A stretch of 64,000 bases of DNA from an uncultured Acidimicrobiales bacterium. GTDB taxonomy: Bacteria; Actinomycetota; Acidimicrobiia; Acidimicrobiales; SZUA-35. Each line of letters starts with the position of its first letter. The stretch's first letter is position 1. The stretch lies in assembly GCA_963803845.1 (NCBI GenBank), contig CAWDNZ010000004.1:768713-832712 (forward strand). The letters are read 5' to 3'. A program made the translations under genes and the position numbers. The notes beneath the pieces were generated by a model, which worked only from the letters and a program-made list of their open reading frames with translations, was not told the origin of the DNA and ran no database searches. Of the stretch, positions 1 through 7,771 are shown one piece after another.

Positions 1-589
1 TGGGAGTCAAAATCAGCGCACTGGGACCCTTTCCTCGACGCTCGTTCTGCGGGGCATCGGCGAGGCGTTGAAGGATCGGAAGAGCAAAGGCCGCCGTCTT
101 GCCGGTACCGGTGGCGGCCTGCCCGATCATGTCCCGGCCGGCCATCAGCAGCGGAATGGCCTCGGATTGTATGGGAGTGGGTTCCTCATAGCCAAGCGCC
201 AGGACTTGCTCTAGGACCTTCTCGTGCAGGCCCAGCGCCGCGAAACCAATATCTGGGGAGACGTCGGCTTCGACCGGATCGGCTACGGCCACAGGCTCAA
301 CGGCCACAGGCTCAACGGCCACAGGCTCAACGGCCACAGGCTCAACGGCCACAGGCTCAACGGCCACAGGCTCAACGGCCACAGGCTCAACGGCCACAGG
401 CTCAACGGCCACAGGCTCAACGGCCACAGGCTCAACGGCCACAGGCTCAGTGTGATCAGACAGTCCGTTCTGACGGTTGACCGGAGGGGTGGGCTCCCAG
501 TCAGCAGGGATTTCGTCAACCATTTCCTCGGGAGGAGCGAGCGGATCGTGCTCCGGGGGAGCGAGCGGATCGTGGGGATTTGCAAACAT
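1..589 (-). CDS. DEAD/DEAH-box RNA helicase, N-terminal part (runs off left edge)
   Basis: Manual minus-strand translation from ATG at 589: MFANPHDPLAPPEHDPLAPPEEMVDE..(VEPVA)n..FAALGLHEKVLEQVLALGYEEPTPIQSEAIPLLMAGRDMIGQAATGTGKTAAFALPILQRL. This gives a Q-motif plus motif I (AxTGTGKT). It is absent from the ORF track because the window edge truncates it. Confidence 0.85.
   Translation of the reverse strand, partial: MFANPHDPLAPPEHDPLAPPEEMVDEIPADWEPTPPVNRQNGLSDHTEPVAVEPVAVEPVAVEPVAVEPVAVEPVAVEPVAVEPVAVEPVAVEPVAVEPVAVADPVEADVSPDIGFAALGLHEKVLEQVLALGYEEPTPIQSEAIPLLMAGRDMIGQAATGTGKTAAFALPILQRLADAPQNERRGKGPSALILTP
286..450. repeat. Perfect 15-bp tandem repeat x11 (CGGCCACAGGCTCAA), in frame with the helicase as (VEPVA)11
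   Basis: Counted directly: units start at 286, 301, 316 ... 436, and only the last base of the last unit differs. The minus-strand frame matches the helicase motif I frame (codon first bases congruent to 1 mod 3). Confidence 0.95.
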
Positions 590-664
590 CTCAGGGCCTT
601 CAGTTAACGAACCCATCATCGTAGCGTCCGCCAACGCTCGATCGGCAGTGAGGAGTGAGGCGAC

Positions 665-2236
665 TCACAGTGCTGAATCGCGGAGGCCGTAAAACGTGCC
701 GTTACGCGAGCCAACAAAGATGCCGCCATCCCACACCGCCGGCGTGGACTCCAGGCACCCCTCCCCCAGATTGATTGACCACAGTTCGGGGGGTGTGACC
801 GACGTGTTGGACACGTCGAAGCCATGCATCACACCAAGGCAGTCACCCTGTACCAGCACGTCGTCCACAACCACCGGGCTCTGCCATGTGGGCCCGGGAA
901 GATCGATCACCCACCGTTGGGAGCCATCGGTCCGATCAAGTCCAAGAATCTCCCCCTCGTCGGTAGCCACGATGAGAATGTCGCGGTGGATCGCCGGCGT
1001 GGCCCACACGCCGGACTTGATTCCGCGATTGGCTTGCACGCCCCACACCAGGGGGTCATCCGGCTGGGAGGGATCAAGCTTCAAGACCTGGCCAAGATCC
1101 TTGGCCCGCTGCCGACCCTTTTCGTACTCCACACCGGCGTAGATCATGCCGTCCTCGTCGATGACGAGCGATGCATCCACATCCTCGCCGGCCCAGAACC
1201 GGAAGACTCGCTCGGGGGTTCCGCCTTCGGCAATCGAGCCGATATCCCAGCCCTGGATCAGACCACTGGAATTTGCGAAGTAGACGGTGTCACCGCTGAT
1301 CGCAACGGAGTTCTCGATGCTCTGCTCGTTGGACGTAACCGCAAGAAGTTCGGAATCCCACGACTCCGTGCTGAACACGATCTGTGGATCGACCGTGACG
1401 AAACCGTCCGCGTCGTAGCCGCGATTGAGCTTCACGATGAAGAAGCGACTGTTCTCGCCCCCCTCGAACAAATAGTCGTCGATTACGAGGCCCGAGCCGT
1501 CCCAGTCATCGTTCCACTTGACCGGTTTCACCGCATCAGCGTTCAACTTCCACAACGCCTCCGGTTCCGGGCGATCGATCGCTACTACGTGATAGTTGTT
1601 GTCGCGACTACCGGTGTACATGAGCGGGTAACCATCGGGATCGATCGTGATCGAGCCCTTGATGATGTCGCCGGTGGCGTAAGGCCCGTACACCTCATCG
1701 CCGGTCAACGGGTCCAGGAACGTCACGTTTCGGTCATAGCCGCCAAAGGCCAGCCACCAGGTGTCGGGATCGGCTCCGGCGGACTCTGGCGGTTGGAAGA
1801 CCGACGGCTGGCCGGTCCAGCCCGATCCGCACCAGGTCTTGGACACCCCGCCGACCGGCGAATTTGAGCAGCCGATCGTGTGGGTCCACGCCAGCTCGGG
1901 ATTGTCGGGGATGTTTCGCCCATAGAAGGTACGCGTGGGATTCCCCCGGAAGGTGAGGAGTCCTTCTACCGCCCCGAGAGCAGACCACGGTTCACCCGAT
2001 GATCCCGGATCAACCCAGCCCTCATAAGGCGGCTCGGTGGTGGATGTCGTTGTGGGTGGTGCTGTTGTTGTTGTGGTGGTGGATGGGATCGTTGTACCCG
2101 GCGCGGCGTCAACCGTCAGACCAGCCGCCTCGGCCCCTCCGGCCTGGTCGGTACGAAAGAGTTCCTGTGCCCAGAGTGCACCCGCAGCCAGCACCAAGGC
2201 CACCGACACCATGAGAAACCCAATCGTTCGGTTCAC
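665..2236 (-). CDS. PQQ-like / BamB-like beta-propeller repeat protein, N-terminal membrane anchor or signal and Thr/Pro linker
   Basis: 523 aa ORF. N-terminal hydrophobic segment MNRTIGFLMVSVALVLAAGALWA, then a TTTTTTAPPTTTSTTEPP linker. Repeated propeller-like blades (VYFANSSGLIQGWD, ILIVATDEGEILGLDRTDGSQRWV, VLVQGDCLGVMHGFDV, IFVGSRNGTFYGL). Confidence 0.7.
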   Translation of the reverse strand: MNRTIGFLMVSVALVLAAGALWAQELFRTDQAGGAEAAGLTVDAAPGTTIPSTTTTTTAPPTTTSTTEPPYEGWVDPGSSGEPWSALGAVEGLLTFRGNPTRTFYGRNIPDNPELAWTHTIGCSNSPVGGVSKTWCGSGWTGQPSVFQPPESAGADPDTWWLAFGGYDRNVTFLDPLTGDEVYGPYATGDIIKGSITIDPDGYPLMYTGSRDNNYHVVAIDRPEPEALWKLNADAVKPVKWNDDWDGSGLVIDDYLFEGGENSRFFIVKLNRGYDADGFVTVDPQIVFSTESWDSELLAVTSNEQSIENSVAISGDTVYFANSSGLIQGWDIGSIAEGGTPERVFRFWAGEDVDASLVIDEDGMIYAGVEYEKGRQRAKDLGQVLKLDPSQPDDPLVWGVQANRGIKSGVWATPAIHRDILIVATDEGEILGLDRTDGSQRWVIDLPGPTWQSPVVVDDVLVQGDCLGVMHGFDVSNTSVTPPELWSINLGEGCLESTPAVWDGGIFVGSRNGTFYGLRDSAL

Positions 2237-2272
2237 TGCGCTGCACTCATCGGTCTAGGTGTCCTCATCGGT

Positions 2273-3859
2273 CTAAGAGAGCCCACCCTCGGCAACCATA
2301 CGCTCCAACGTGAGCTCGGGATGGTCAGCCAGAACCCGATCCATCCAATAGCGACTCTCGAACAGGGCCAGATAGGTGCCGTTGGCCCGCTGGAGAACAT
2401 CCACACCCTGCATGGCCCGCAGCTGAGGGCCGCTTGCGGCGTCGGTCTTTCTGGCGATGGTGTACCGGGTGGGGTTCAACTCAACCGGGGCACCGAACTC
2501 GTTCTCCAACCGGCTGCTCGCTACCTCGAATTGAAGCTGACCAACGGCCGCGAGCACCGGTGCTTGATCGCCGAGGTCCGGATCTCGCAGCACCTGCACG
2601 GCTCCCTCCTCATCCAACTGCGCAATTCCTTTTCGGAATTGTTTGAACTTGGAAGTGTCCAGGACCCGAGCAACCATGAAGAACTCTGGGGCGAAGGCCG
2701 GCAGCTCTGGGAAGTCCACCACCCCACCGGAGTAGATGGCGTCGCCCACGCGAACGTCGTTGGCGTTTACCAGTCCCAGGATGTCGCCGGGGTAAGCCAG
2801 GTCCACCGTTTCGCGGTCCTGTCCGAAGAGGGTTTGGGCATATTTGGTGGAGAACTGTCGGCCGGTGCCACCGGCGGTTGCCATCATCCCCCGCTCGAAT
2901 TGGCCGCTGCAGACTCGGACGAAGGCGATGCGATCCCGATGGGATTTGTCCATTCCCGCCTGGACCTTGAAGACCAGTCCCGAGAACGGAGCGTCCACTG
3001 GAAGACGCCCCCCATCGGCCAAGAGTCGAGGGCTTGGCGACGGAACGAGATCCACAACGCCGTCCAGCAGCGCCCTCACACCGAAGTTCGTTATGGCCGA
3101 GCCGAAGAACACCGGTGTGGACTCACACGCCAGGAAGGTCTTCAGATCGGGCGATCGCTCCAGTGCGTCAAGAAGTTCGGTTTCCTCGGCTGCATTGGTC
3201 CATGCGTCACCCTCATCGATCTGCGCTTGTTCGGCAGTCACCACTTCTTCGGGAGCGATCGTGCTGCCATGGGCGGTACGGGTGAACCGAATGTATTCGC
3301 CGGTACTGCGGTGGATGATTCCCTTGAACTCCCCCGCCAGCCCAACGGGCCAGGTGACAGGTGTGGGATCAACGATCAGCGTCTTTTCAATTTCGTCCAG
3401 TAGTTGCAGTGCTCCTAGCCCGGGCCGATCCCACTTGTTGATGAAGGTCATGAACGGGATCTCCCGCTCACGGCAAACCTCGAAGAGCTTCAATGTCTGA
3501 GGCTCGATGCCTTTGGCCGCATCGAGCACCATCACCGCGGCATCGGCGGCCACAAGCACGCGGTAGGTGTCTTCGGAGAAGTCCCGGTGACCAGGGGTGT
3601 CCAGCAGATTGATGACGCAACCTCGATACTCGAACTGCAAGGCTGCTGAGGTAATGGAGATCCCCCGCTGCTGCTCCATTTCCATCCAGTCCGAAGTGGC
3701 TGATCGCCGACCGGCCCGTGCTTTGACCGCTCCTGCACCAGCGGTCAACGCACCGCCGTAAAGAAGGAACTTCTCGGTCAGCGTGGTTTTGCCAGCATCT
3801 GGATGCGAGATAATCGCAAACGTCCGACGACGGGTCGCTTCGGTTTTGACGTCGGACAT
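2273..3859 (-). CDS. prfC: Peptide chain release factor 3
   Basis: 528 aa. N-terminus RRRTFAIISHPDAGKTTLTEKFLLYGGAL, DTPGHRDFSEDTYR and NKWDR GTPase motifs; length typical of RF3. Confidence 0.93.
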   Translation of the reverse strand: MSDVKTEATRRRTFAIISHPDAGKTTLTEKFLLYGGALTAGAGAVKARAGRRSATSDWMEMEQQRGISITSAALQFEYRGCVINLLDTPGHRDFSEDTYRVLVAADAAVMVLDAAKGIEPQTLKLFEVCREREIPFMTFINKWDRPGLGALQLLDEIEKTLIVDPTPVTWPVGLAGEFKGIIHRSTGEYIRFTRTAHGSTIAPEEVVTAEQAQIDEGDAWTNAAEETELLDALERSPDLKTFLACESTPVFFGSAITNFGVRALLDGVVDLVPSPSPRLLADGGRLPVDAPFSGLVFKVQAGMDKSHRDRIAFVRVCSGQFERGMMATAGGTGRQFSTKYAQTLFGQDRETVDLAYPGDILGLVNANDVRVGDAIYSGGVVDFPELPAFAPEFFMVARVLDTSKFKQFRKGIAQLDEEGAVQVLRDPDLGDQAPVLAAVGQLQFEVASSRLENEFGAPVELNPTRYTIARKTDAASGPQLRAMQGVDVLQRANGTYLALFESRYWMDRVLADHPELTLERMVAEGGLS

Positions 3860-3916
3860 CCGTCCAGCCTAGAAGCTGGCGGAGCTGGTACTTCGCCATG
3901 AAGATCTGCGTAACCA

Positions 3917-4260
3917 GGCTCACGTTTGACAGCGCACCCGAGAGCCTGCGGCGCGATGTGAGCTGGGAACATGATTGCTGTCCCTCCGGGAGGCGTTCAA
4001 GCGCCACGCAGGCTCTCGCCTGCGGCACTACAACAGGTGCATCGGTAACTGAAGGCTTGGCAACATCGAGTGCACCGCTTCGCCTGTGCCGCCCCGAAGG
4101 GATGTGGCCCGTTGAGTAATGAAGTGACCAGTTACCGAGAATCTCTTGTAGGCCGGGCAGGCGAGCCTCCGTGGCGCTTGAACGGCCCCCGGAGGGACAG
4201 CAATCTTTTAGCCAGCTGCCATCGCGCCGCAGGCTCCCGGGTACGCCAGAAAACGAGACC
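3917..4260. repeat. Long imperfect palindrome (~95-bp arms, ~120-bp centre), copy A of an interspersed repeat family (MITE-like or structured RNA)
   Basis: The left arm GCTCACGTTTGACAGCGCACCCGAGAGCCTGCGGCGCGATGTGAGCTGGGAACATGATTGCTGTCCCTCCGGGAGGCGTTCAAGCGCCACGCAGGCTCTCGCCTGC is the near reverse complement of the right arm ending ..GGGACAGCAATCTTTTAGCCAGCTGCCATCGCGCCGCAGGCTCCCGGGTACGCC. It is closely similar to 21089-21412. Confidence 0.85.
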
Positions 4261-4295
4261 AACACCCGAAACGACGCCCGGTGAGGAGTCCGAGC

Positions 4296-4372
4296 CGAGA
4301 CTGACACAACATCTGTTGCAGCGCCGGAGGCGGAGCCTCCGTGGCGCTTGAACGGCCCCCGGAGGGAATCAC
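4296..4372. repeat. Solo arm of the same repeat family, abutting the 3' end of tRNA-Ala
   Basis: TCTGTTGCAGCGCCGGAGGCGGAGCCTCCGTGGCGCTTGAACGGCCCCCGGAGGGA matches 21321-21372 and 4150-4200. In reverse orientation it also matches the 66-bp units at 56471-56653. Confidence 0.8.
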
Positions 4373-4374
4373 TG

Positions 4375-4447
4375 TGGAGCCAAGGAGATTCGAACTCCTG
4401 ACATCTGCCTTGCAAAGGCAGCGCTCTACCAACTGAGCTATGGCCCC
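4375..4447 (-). tRNA. tRNA-Ala (anticodon TGC)
   Basis: Reverse complement GGGGCCATAGCTCAGTTGGTAGAGCGCTGCCTTTGCAAGGCAGATGTCAGGAGTTCGAATCTCCTTGGCTCCA. It has the G3:U70 Ala identity pair, a TGC anticodon loop and a TTCGAAT T-loop. Confidence 0.95.
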
Positions 4448-4467
4448 GTCTGAACCACGATAGCGAA

Positions 4468-6570
4468 TCACTCTGCCGGAGTGACGAATATTTCGGTCCA
4501 TGCCCCGGTGTCGATCACACGAGCCGCCAGGCCAGAGACCTGGCTTCGTGTGGTTCTGGCGATGATTTGAGCGGCGGCGGAATTGGTGAGCACAGGTCCG
4601 TCCTCGGTGGCTTCCTCCAGCAGTTGGCCGATGATGTCACCGTTGGAAATGAAGTTGTAGCGATCCTCTACCACCGCTATGGCCCTGCTGAACTCACCCT
4701 CGGTTGGCCCCTGCGTGTCCAGGTTGGCTAGCTCCGCGAGCAACGTGGCCCGTATCTCTTGGAGACGTTCAGGGTCACCGGCCACGCTGATGTAGACCTG
4801 GCTTTCTTCGTCGGGCTCGGTGAGGAAACCAACGCTGGCTGATCCACCGTTGTAGCTGGCGCCCAACTCCTCCCGAATACGCGTGAACAAGCGCTCCTCC
4901 AGCACCGCTTGGAGCACCTCGGCATGGACTCGATCAACGTCGGTTGCGACCCCCGGTTCGTTGAAGACCACCGTCAAGACCCCGGCCCCGCCAACGGGTC
5001 CCGCTGTTCGTTCCACGGTGACAACGGAGTTTGGAGGGTCCAGGGTGAGATCGATCCATGTGTCGGCGGGTCGCTCCGGGATGGTGCCGATGTAGCGGCG
5101 AGCAAACTCCTCAACCGAGGACTGGTCGACGTCACCGACCACTGTGAGAACGAGGTCGTCCACACCGACCATCCGCTCCTCGTAGAGGTCGAGCGAAGCC
5201 TCCGGGGTCAGGAGATCCAGGGCTTCCCGATCGAGCACCGGCTTCCGGCGGGGATTGTCGCCGTTGAGTGCCAGGGCCAAAGCTTCTTGGGCGGCGCTTT
5301 CGGGGCGGTTCTGGACGGAGCGGAGAACTTCGGTCTGCTGAAGGATGACCCGATCGTATGCGGATTGATCTACTCGGGGCTGGGTGAGGTAGAGGTGGAT
5401 CAGCTGGAATGCGAGCTCGAGATCTGCCGGAGAGGATTGACCGGAGATGCCTTCACCTGTTTCGTAGGCAAAGGGCGAAACACCCACGACCTTGTCGGCG
5501 AGATAGCGATCCATGGCGACCTTCTCCAGATCGCCAACTCCGCTCTGGGCAACCATGGCGGCAACGAGGGCGAGAAGTGGCTGCTCCTCGGGTTCCAGCA
5601 ATGACCAGCCACCCTCGCTGTAACCCACCATGTCCACGACACCGGTGGCGATTTGTGATTCAGCGAAGACGACGCGGGCGCCGTTGGCGAATGTCCACTC
5701 CACTCCCCCAGCGGCGGACAGGCTGCGCGTGCTCTCGATATCTGTACGGTCCGGCCGCTCCATCAACTCGTCAATCGGCTCAACTTCCGCTCCTCCCCCT
5801 GAGAGGGCTGCCGCAGAGTCGACCACCGCCACCAATTCTGACCTATCGGGCAGGGCGGAGGCATCCGGGCCGACCACGATCACGATGGGTTCAGACGTTT
5901 CCATCACCCATCGGAAGTAGCCACTGAGATCTTCGGCCGTCGTGTCGTCGATCAACGCTCCCACCCTCATGTCCCGATCCTTGGCCGCCGAGGCATCGGC
6001 CCCGCCGAGGAAGTGCGAGAAGTAGAGCTCGGCCCACTGCCCATCCTGCCGAGTGTCGATCTGAGCGAGCTCTTGGGCCAGCCCCGCCCTTGCCTCATCC
6101 CGGGCCCGCTGCAATTCGCCCTCGGAGAACCCATCCTGGGCGAACGTCTGCATGGTGGCGAGGAATTCGCCGGTGCCGGCGGTCAGATCTGGACCGTCGA
6201 GATTGAAACCGATGAAGGACATTTGACGGGCTCCGTTGAATGGGCCGCCGCTGCCGCGAACCAACGAACTACGGCCGGACGTGATGGACTCGTTCAGCCG
6301 GTTGGTGATCATCGTGGTGATCAGCGAATCCCACATGTTCAGCTGTTCACCGCCAAAGGTGCCGGGATTGCGGGCCAGGGTTCGATAGTCCACCGAGATG
6401 AACGTTCCGTCGAGGCCGGAATCGGCGATTACCTCAACGATTTGGGGGGTATTGATCGCTACCACCGGCTCTTCTCGTGGGGGGTGCTCATCGCCTCTTG
6501 GCTCGAGATCGGCGAAATGAGCCCGCAACCAGGTTTTCCATGTCGTCCAGTGAAAGGTCACCCACCACAA
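4468..6570 (-). CDS. M16 (insulinase/pitrilysin) family peptidase, C-terminal ~3/4 (continuation of 6488..7396 in another frame)
   Basis: 700 aa ORF. The region after the artefactual start reads WLRAHFADLEPRGDEHPP..., the usual continuation of an M16 active domain, and is followed by further M16-like inactive domains. Confidence 0.75.
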   Translation of the reverse strand: MWWVTFHWTTWKTWLRAHFADLEPRGDEHPPREEPVVAINTPQIVEVIADSGLDGTFISVDYRTLARNPGTFGGEQLNMWDSLITTMITNRLNESITSGRSSLVRGSGGPFNGARQMSFIGFNLDGPDLTAGTGEFLATMQTFAQDGFSEGELQRARDEARAGLAQELAQIDTRQDGQWAELYFSHFLGGADASAAKDRDMRVGALIDDTTAEDLSGYFRWVMETSEPIVIVVGPDASALPDRSELVAVVDSAAALSGGGAEVEPIDELMERPDRTDIESTRSLSAAGGVEWTFANGARVVFAESQIATGVVDMVGYSEGGWSLLEPEEQPLLALVAAMVAQSGVGDLEKVAMDRYLADKVVGVSPFAYETGEGISGQSSPADLELAFQLIHLYLTQPRVDQSAYDRVILQQTEVLRSVQNRPESAAQEALALALNGDNPRRKPVLDREALDLLTPEASLDLYEERMVGVDDLVLTVVGDVDQSSVEEFARRYIGTIPERPADTWIDLTLDPPNSVVTVERTAGPVGGAGVLTVVFNEPGVATDVDRVHAEVLQAVLEERLFTRIREELGASYNGGSASVGFLTEPDEESQVYISVAGDPERLQEIRATLLAELANLDTQGPTEGEFSRAIAVVEDRYNFISNGDIIGQLLEEATEDGPVLTNSAAAQIIARTTRSQVSGLAARVIDTGAWTEIFVTPAE

Positions 6571-7396
6571 CGACGGCCATGAGGTCGGGGCGGTACCACC
6601 GGTTGTAGAAATCGACGGTGTCCTCGGCGGTCGTGGTCATGATCTGATCCTCGGTCCCGATTGGCAGGGCGGAATCGTAGGGCGTGTCGGCGTAGTAAGC
6701 GTCATCGAAAAGTTCCTGGACCGAGGCTCCGGCGCTTTCCACCCGTAACCGGAACTCCTCCCGCACAACACCCCGCTCGGCGATGACCTCGTTGGGATCC
6801 ATCGTGGCGTTCCCCGCCCACTCCCTCAGAACTGTGAACGCGGTTTGCGCATTGGAGCCAACCAGCGGCACGTCCAGGAAGTACACGGTTTCGTCGAAGC
6901 TCGTGAAGGCATTCAGATCCGGGCCGATCTGCGCACCAAGGGCGCGAAGCTCGGAGTCCAGGGTGTTGCCGGGATACCGATCGGTGCCGTTGAACAGCAT
7001 GTGTTCGGTGAAGTGGGCCATCTGATCGGTTGGCTCCGCCTGCTGGAGCGAGCCGGCGTTGACGGCGAGACGGACCGACAGCGACCCACCGGGAGCGTCA
7101 TTGCGGCGCAAGTAGTAGGCGAGTCCATTCTCCAAGGTTCCGATTCTGACGGAGGGGTCAACGGGGAGCGGTGTGGAGTCCACGATGGGCTCGATACCCG
7201 GCAGACGACCATCGGCGTCCACGGGATCGGTCGGTGGATCCGAAGTGCTGGAGGTGGAGCTGCCCCCACCATCATCCTCGAGTGTGACGGCGACGGAGCC
7301 GCTGCACGCGGCAACGAAGAGCATCAGCGACGTCAGTAGTGTGCGAAGTAAGGCGGATCTGGGAAACGGCAAAGGACCAACCTTCATCAGTGCCAA
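6488..7396 (-). CDS. M16 family zinc peptidase, N-terminal segment (lipoprotein signal, HxxEH), interrupted by a frameshift
   Basis: Lipobox LMLFVAAC. Inverted zinc motif HFTEH followed by MLFNGT. It ends 83 nt inside the next ORF. Confidence 0.8.
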   Translation of the reverse strand: MALMKVGPLPFPRSALLRTLLTSLMLFVAACSGSVAVTLEDDGGGSSTSSTSDPPTDPVDADGRLPGIEPIVDSTPLPVDPSVRIGTLENGLAYYLRRNDAPGGSLSVRLAVNAGSLQQAEPTDQMAHFTEHMLFNGTDRYPGNTLDSELRALGAQIGPDLNAFTSFDETVYFLDVPLVGSNAQTAFTVLREWAGNATMDPNEVIAERGVVREEFRLRVESAGASVQELFDDAYYADTPYDSALPIGTEDQIMTTTAEDTVDFYNRWYRPDLMAVVVVGDLSLDDMENLVAGSFRRSRAKRR

Positions 7397-7531
7397 TCGG
7401 CAGGACGGTGCAGAACTTGTGGACCATACTCGTTATCTAAGGCCAACCAAATAACCGGACAACCGGCTATTTCGCAGAAAATATCCCATCGAAAAGTTCA
7501 ATTGGCAGTAAATACCTGCGATGATACAAAG

Positions 7532-7741
7532 ATGTCCAGTCACGCAAGTGGTTTCATCAACACGCAGTTGGCCACAACTGTGGCCTACTTACTGAACACG
7601 TCCGTCCAACGCGCTCAGGACATCATCAACGGGTTTCGTGATATCGACGATGTGGATCCTGAGACATTGGCGGTTGTCAGTGATCTGATTTTCACCGCCC
7701 TCCATCATGAGCCAGCCTCAGATGAAATCAAGCTCTACTGA
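7532..7741 (+). CDS. Hypothetical small protein (69 aa) in a low-GC pocket
   Basis: ORF track 7502..7741; the first ATG is at 7532 (MSSHASGFINTQLATT...). The surrounding 7400-7770 is visibly AT-richer than the window. I recognised no family. Confidence 0.3.
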   Translation: MSSHASGFINTQLATTVAYLLNTSVQRAQDIINGFRDIDDVDPETLAVVSDLIFTALHHEPASDEIKLY

Positions 7742-7771
7742 TTTTCCTACTGGCAAGTCGGCTGCAGATGC

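Noticed and set aside
824-1867. Long plus-strand ORF (347 aa) antisense to the PQQ-propeller gene. Similar long antisense ORFs occur at 2321..3403 (360 aa, antisense to prfC), 21347..22111 (antisense to thiolase), 33284..34120 (antisense to pyrE/trmH), 36568..37350 and 37262..38377 (antisense to pheA / binding protein), 57683..59203 (506 aa, antisense to gyrA) and 49356..50306 (antisense to the M23 peptidase).
   Set aside because: High-GC genomes generate long stop-free antisense frames. Their translations are Arg/Gly/Pro/His-rich with no recognisable motifs, while the opposite strand in each case encodes a protein with clear family signatures.
3468-4415. 315-aa minus-strand ORF spanning the prfC 5' end, the palindromic repeat and part of tRNA-Ala.
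   Set aside because: It runs through a tRNA gene and a repeat element and overlaps the well-supported prfC N-terminus in another frame. The sequence is low-complexity Arg/Ser/Gly-rich.
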